A DNA stretch of 62,965 nucleotides, counting the filler, from Octopus bimaculoides (taxonomy: Eukaryota): the NCBI RefSeq assembly GCF_001194135.2. It is 5 parts of 5 records of this genome, joined end to end, with 100 filler letters (N's around TTAATTAATTAA, not from the genome) between each part and the next. Parts side by side here need not be neighbours in the genome. Positions count along the whole stretch, not along the records: positions 57,429 to 62,965 come from NW_026350900.1; 4 more parts are not named here. The stretch is one strand, 5' to 3'. The notes beneath the pieces were generated by a model. That model made no database searches and was not told where the DNA came from. It worked only from the letters and a program-made list of their open reading frames with translations. Made by a program: the position numbers and the translations under genes. Shown one piece after another: positions 62,169 to 62,965 of this stretch. Every line of letters starts with the position of its first letter. Positions within the stretch are counted from its first letter, which is position 1.

Positions 62169-62689
62169 GGCCCAATGGTGTGCTGTCTCTGCTCCCTCTC
62201 TATCTTTTCTATCGCTTGCATATTATATATCCAAAAGATAATTGGTCAGTCTCTTAGCGCTAACGGGACAGGTTATTTCATTTATGCAGAAAATAGTGAG
62301 ATACCACATCTTATCTAGGATAGAATACTTCTAGTAATATCTCACATAGCAAAGGTAACGCACATTAATTAGCAAGACAAACTATTTCTACTAATGGCCG
62401 AAATATAATTACTAATTAGGCTATGGCGATTTCTCATTAATAAATATAATATCTAACGAATTTCAAGAGATCGTTAAGTGCATTTACTGCAGGATTTTTA
62501 TTTGCAGAACGAATTGTTCTCTCTTATATATTTGGGGATAACATCCGAAGCTCCAAACGGTGTCAACGGACTACCAGATACAAAGTGACTCCCTGGAAGC
62601 TACGTCATCGCTGATGGTCATGTTCGATATACACTAAATATATACATATAAGCTCAGGCGGGGCTGTGCGATAAAAAGTTTACACGGCT

Positions 62690-62822
62690 CCGCCTTTAGT
62701 CGAGTAAATCGATCCCAGAACTTATACTTTGTGAGCCTACTACTTATTCTATCGATCACTTTTACCGTACTGCTAAGTTACGGAGACGTAAAGACACCAG
62801 CATCGGTTGTCAAGCGGTTGTG
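62690..62822 (-). mobile_element. SINE family B, 3' fragment
   Basis: CCGCCTTTAGTCGAGTAAATCGA..TACTTATTCTATCG..GCTAAGTTACGG..CACCAGCATCGGTTGTCAAGCG. Confidence 0.8.
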
Positions 62823-62965
62823 ATGGCGGTGGTGGTTGTGATGGTGGTTGTGGTGGTGGTGGTTGTGGTGGTGATGGTTGTGGTGATGGTTATAGTGATG
62901 ATGGTGGTAGTGATGATGGTGGTGGTGATGGTGGTAGTAGTTGTGGTGGTAGTGGTGGTGGTAGT
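62823..62965. repeat. Imperfect (GGT)n microsatellite
   Basis: Directly visible. Confidence 0.95.

Overview
AT-rich eukaryotic genomic DNA from a gapped draft scaffold: many N runs, four of them carrying an artificial TTAATTAATTAA spacer. It is saturated with di-, tri- and tetranucleotide microsatellites and decayed mobile elements. The repeat inventory resembles an octopus/cephalopod genome (inference from recalled repeat types, not from a search). I found no intact host gene; nearly all ORFs in the supplied track are microsatellite, gap or transposon-remnant artefacts. Recognisable elements: three tRNA-derived SINE families (A, B, C; over 20 copies or fragments), R4/Dong-like RLE LINE 3' fragments of two lineages with (TAA)n versus (CATA)n tails, CR1 and RTE fragments, Penelope-like RT and GIY-YIG remnants, a full-length mariner, a full-length maT/DD37D-like transposon, a decayed Ty3/gypsy pol, several MITEs and Helitron/Helentron-like pieces. 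The most notable signal is a set of type I hammerhead ribozyme motifs with palindromic stem III. One (49365-49435) has a fully canonical core and lies in a 457-bp ORF-less partial tandem unit (retrozyme/Penelope pseudo-LTR architecture). Two other families carry single core substitutions. Coordinates of degenerate elements are approximate and were read by eye.
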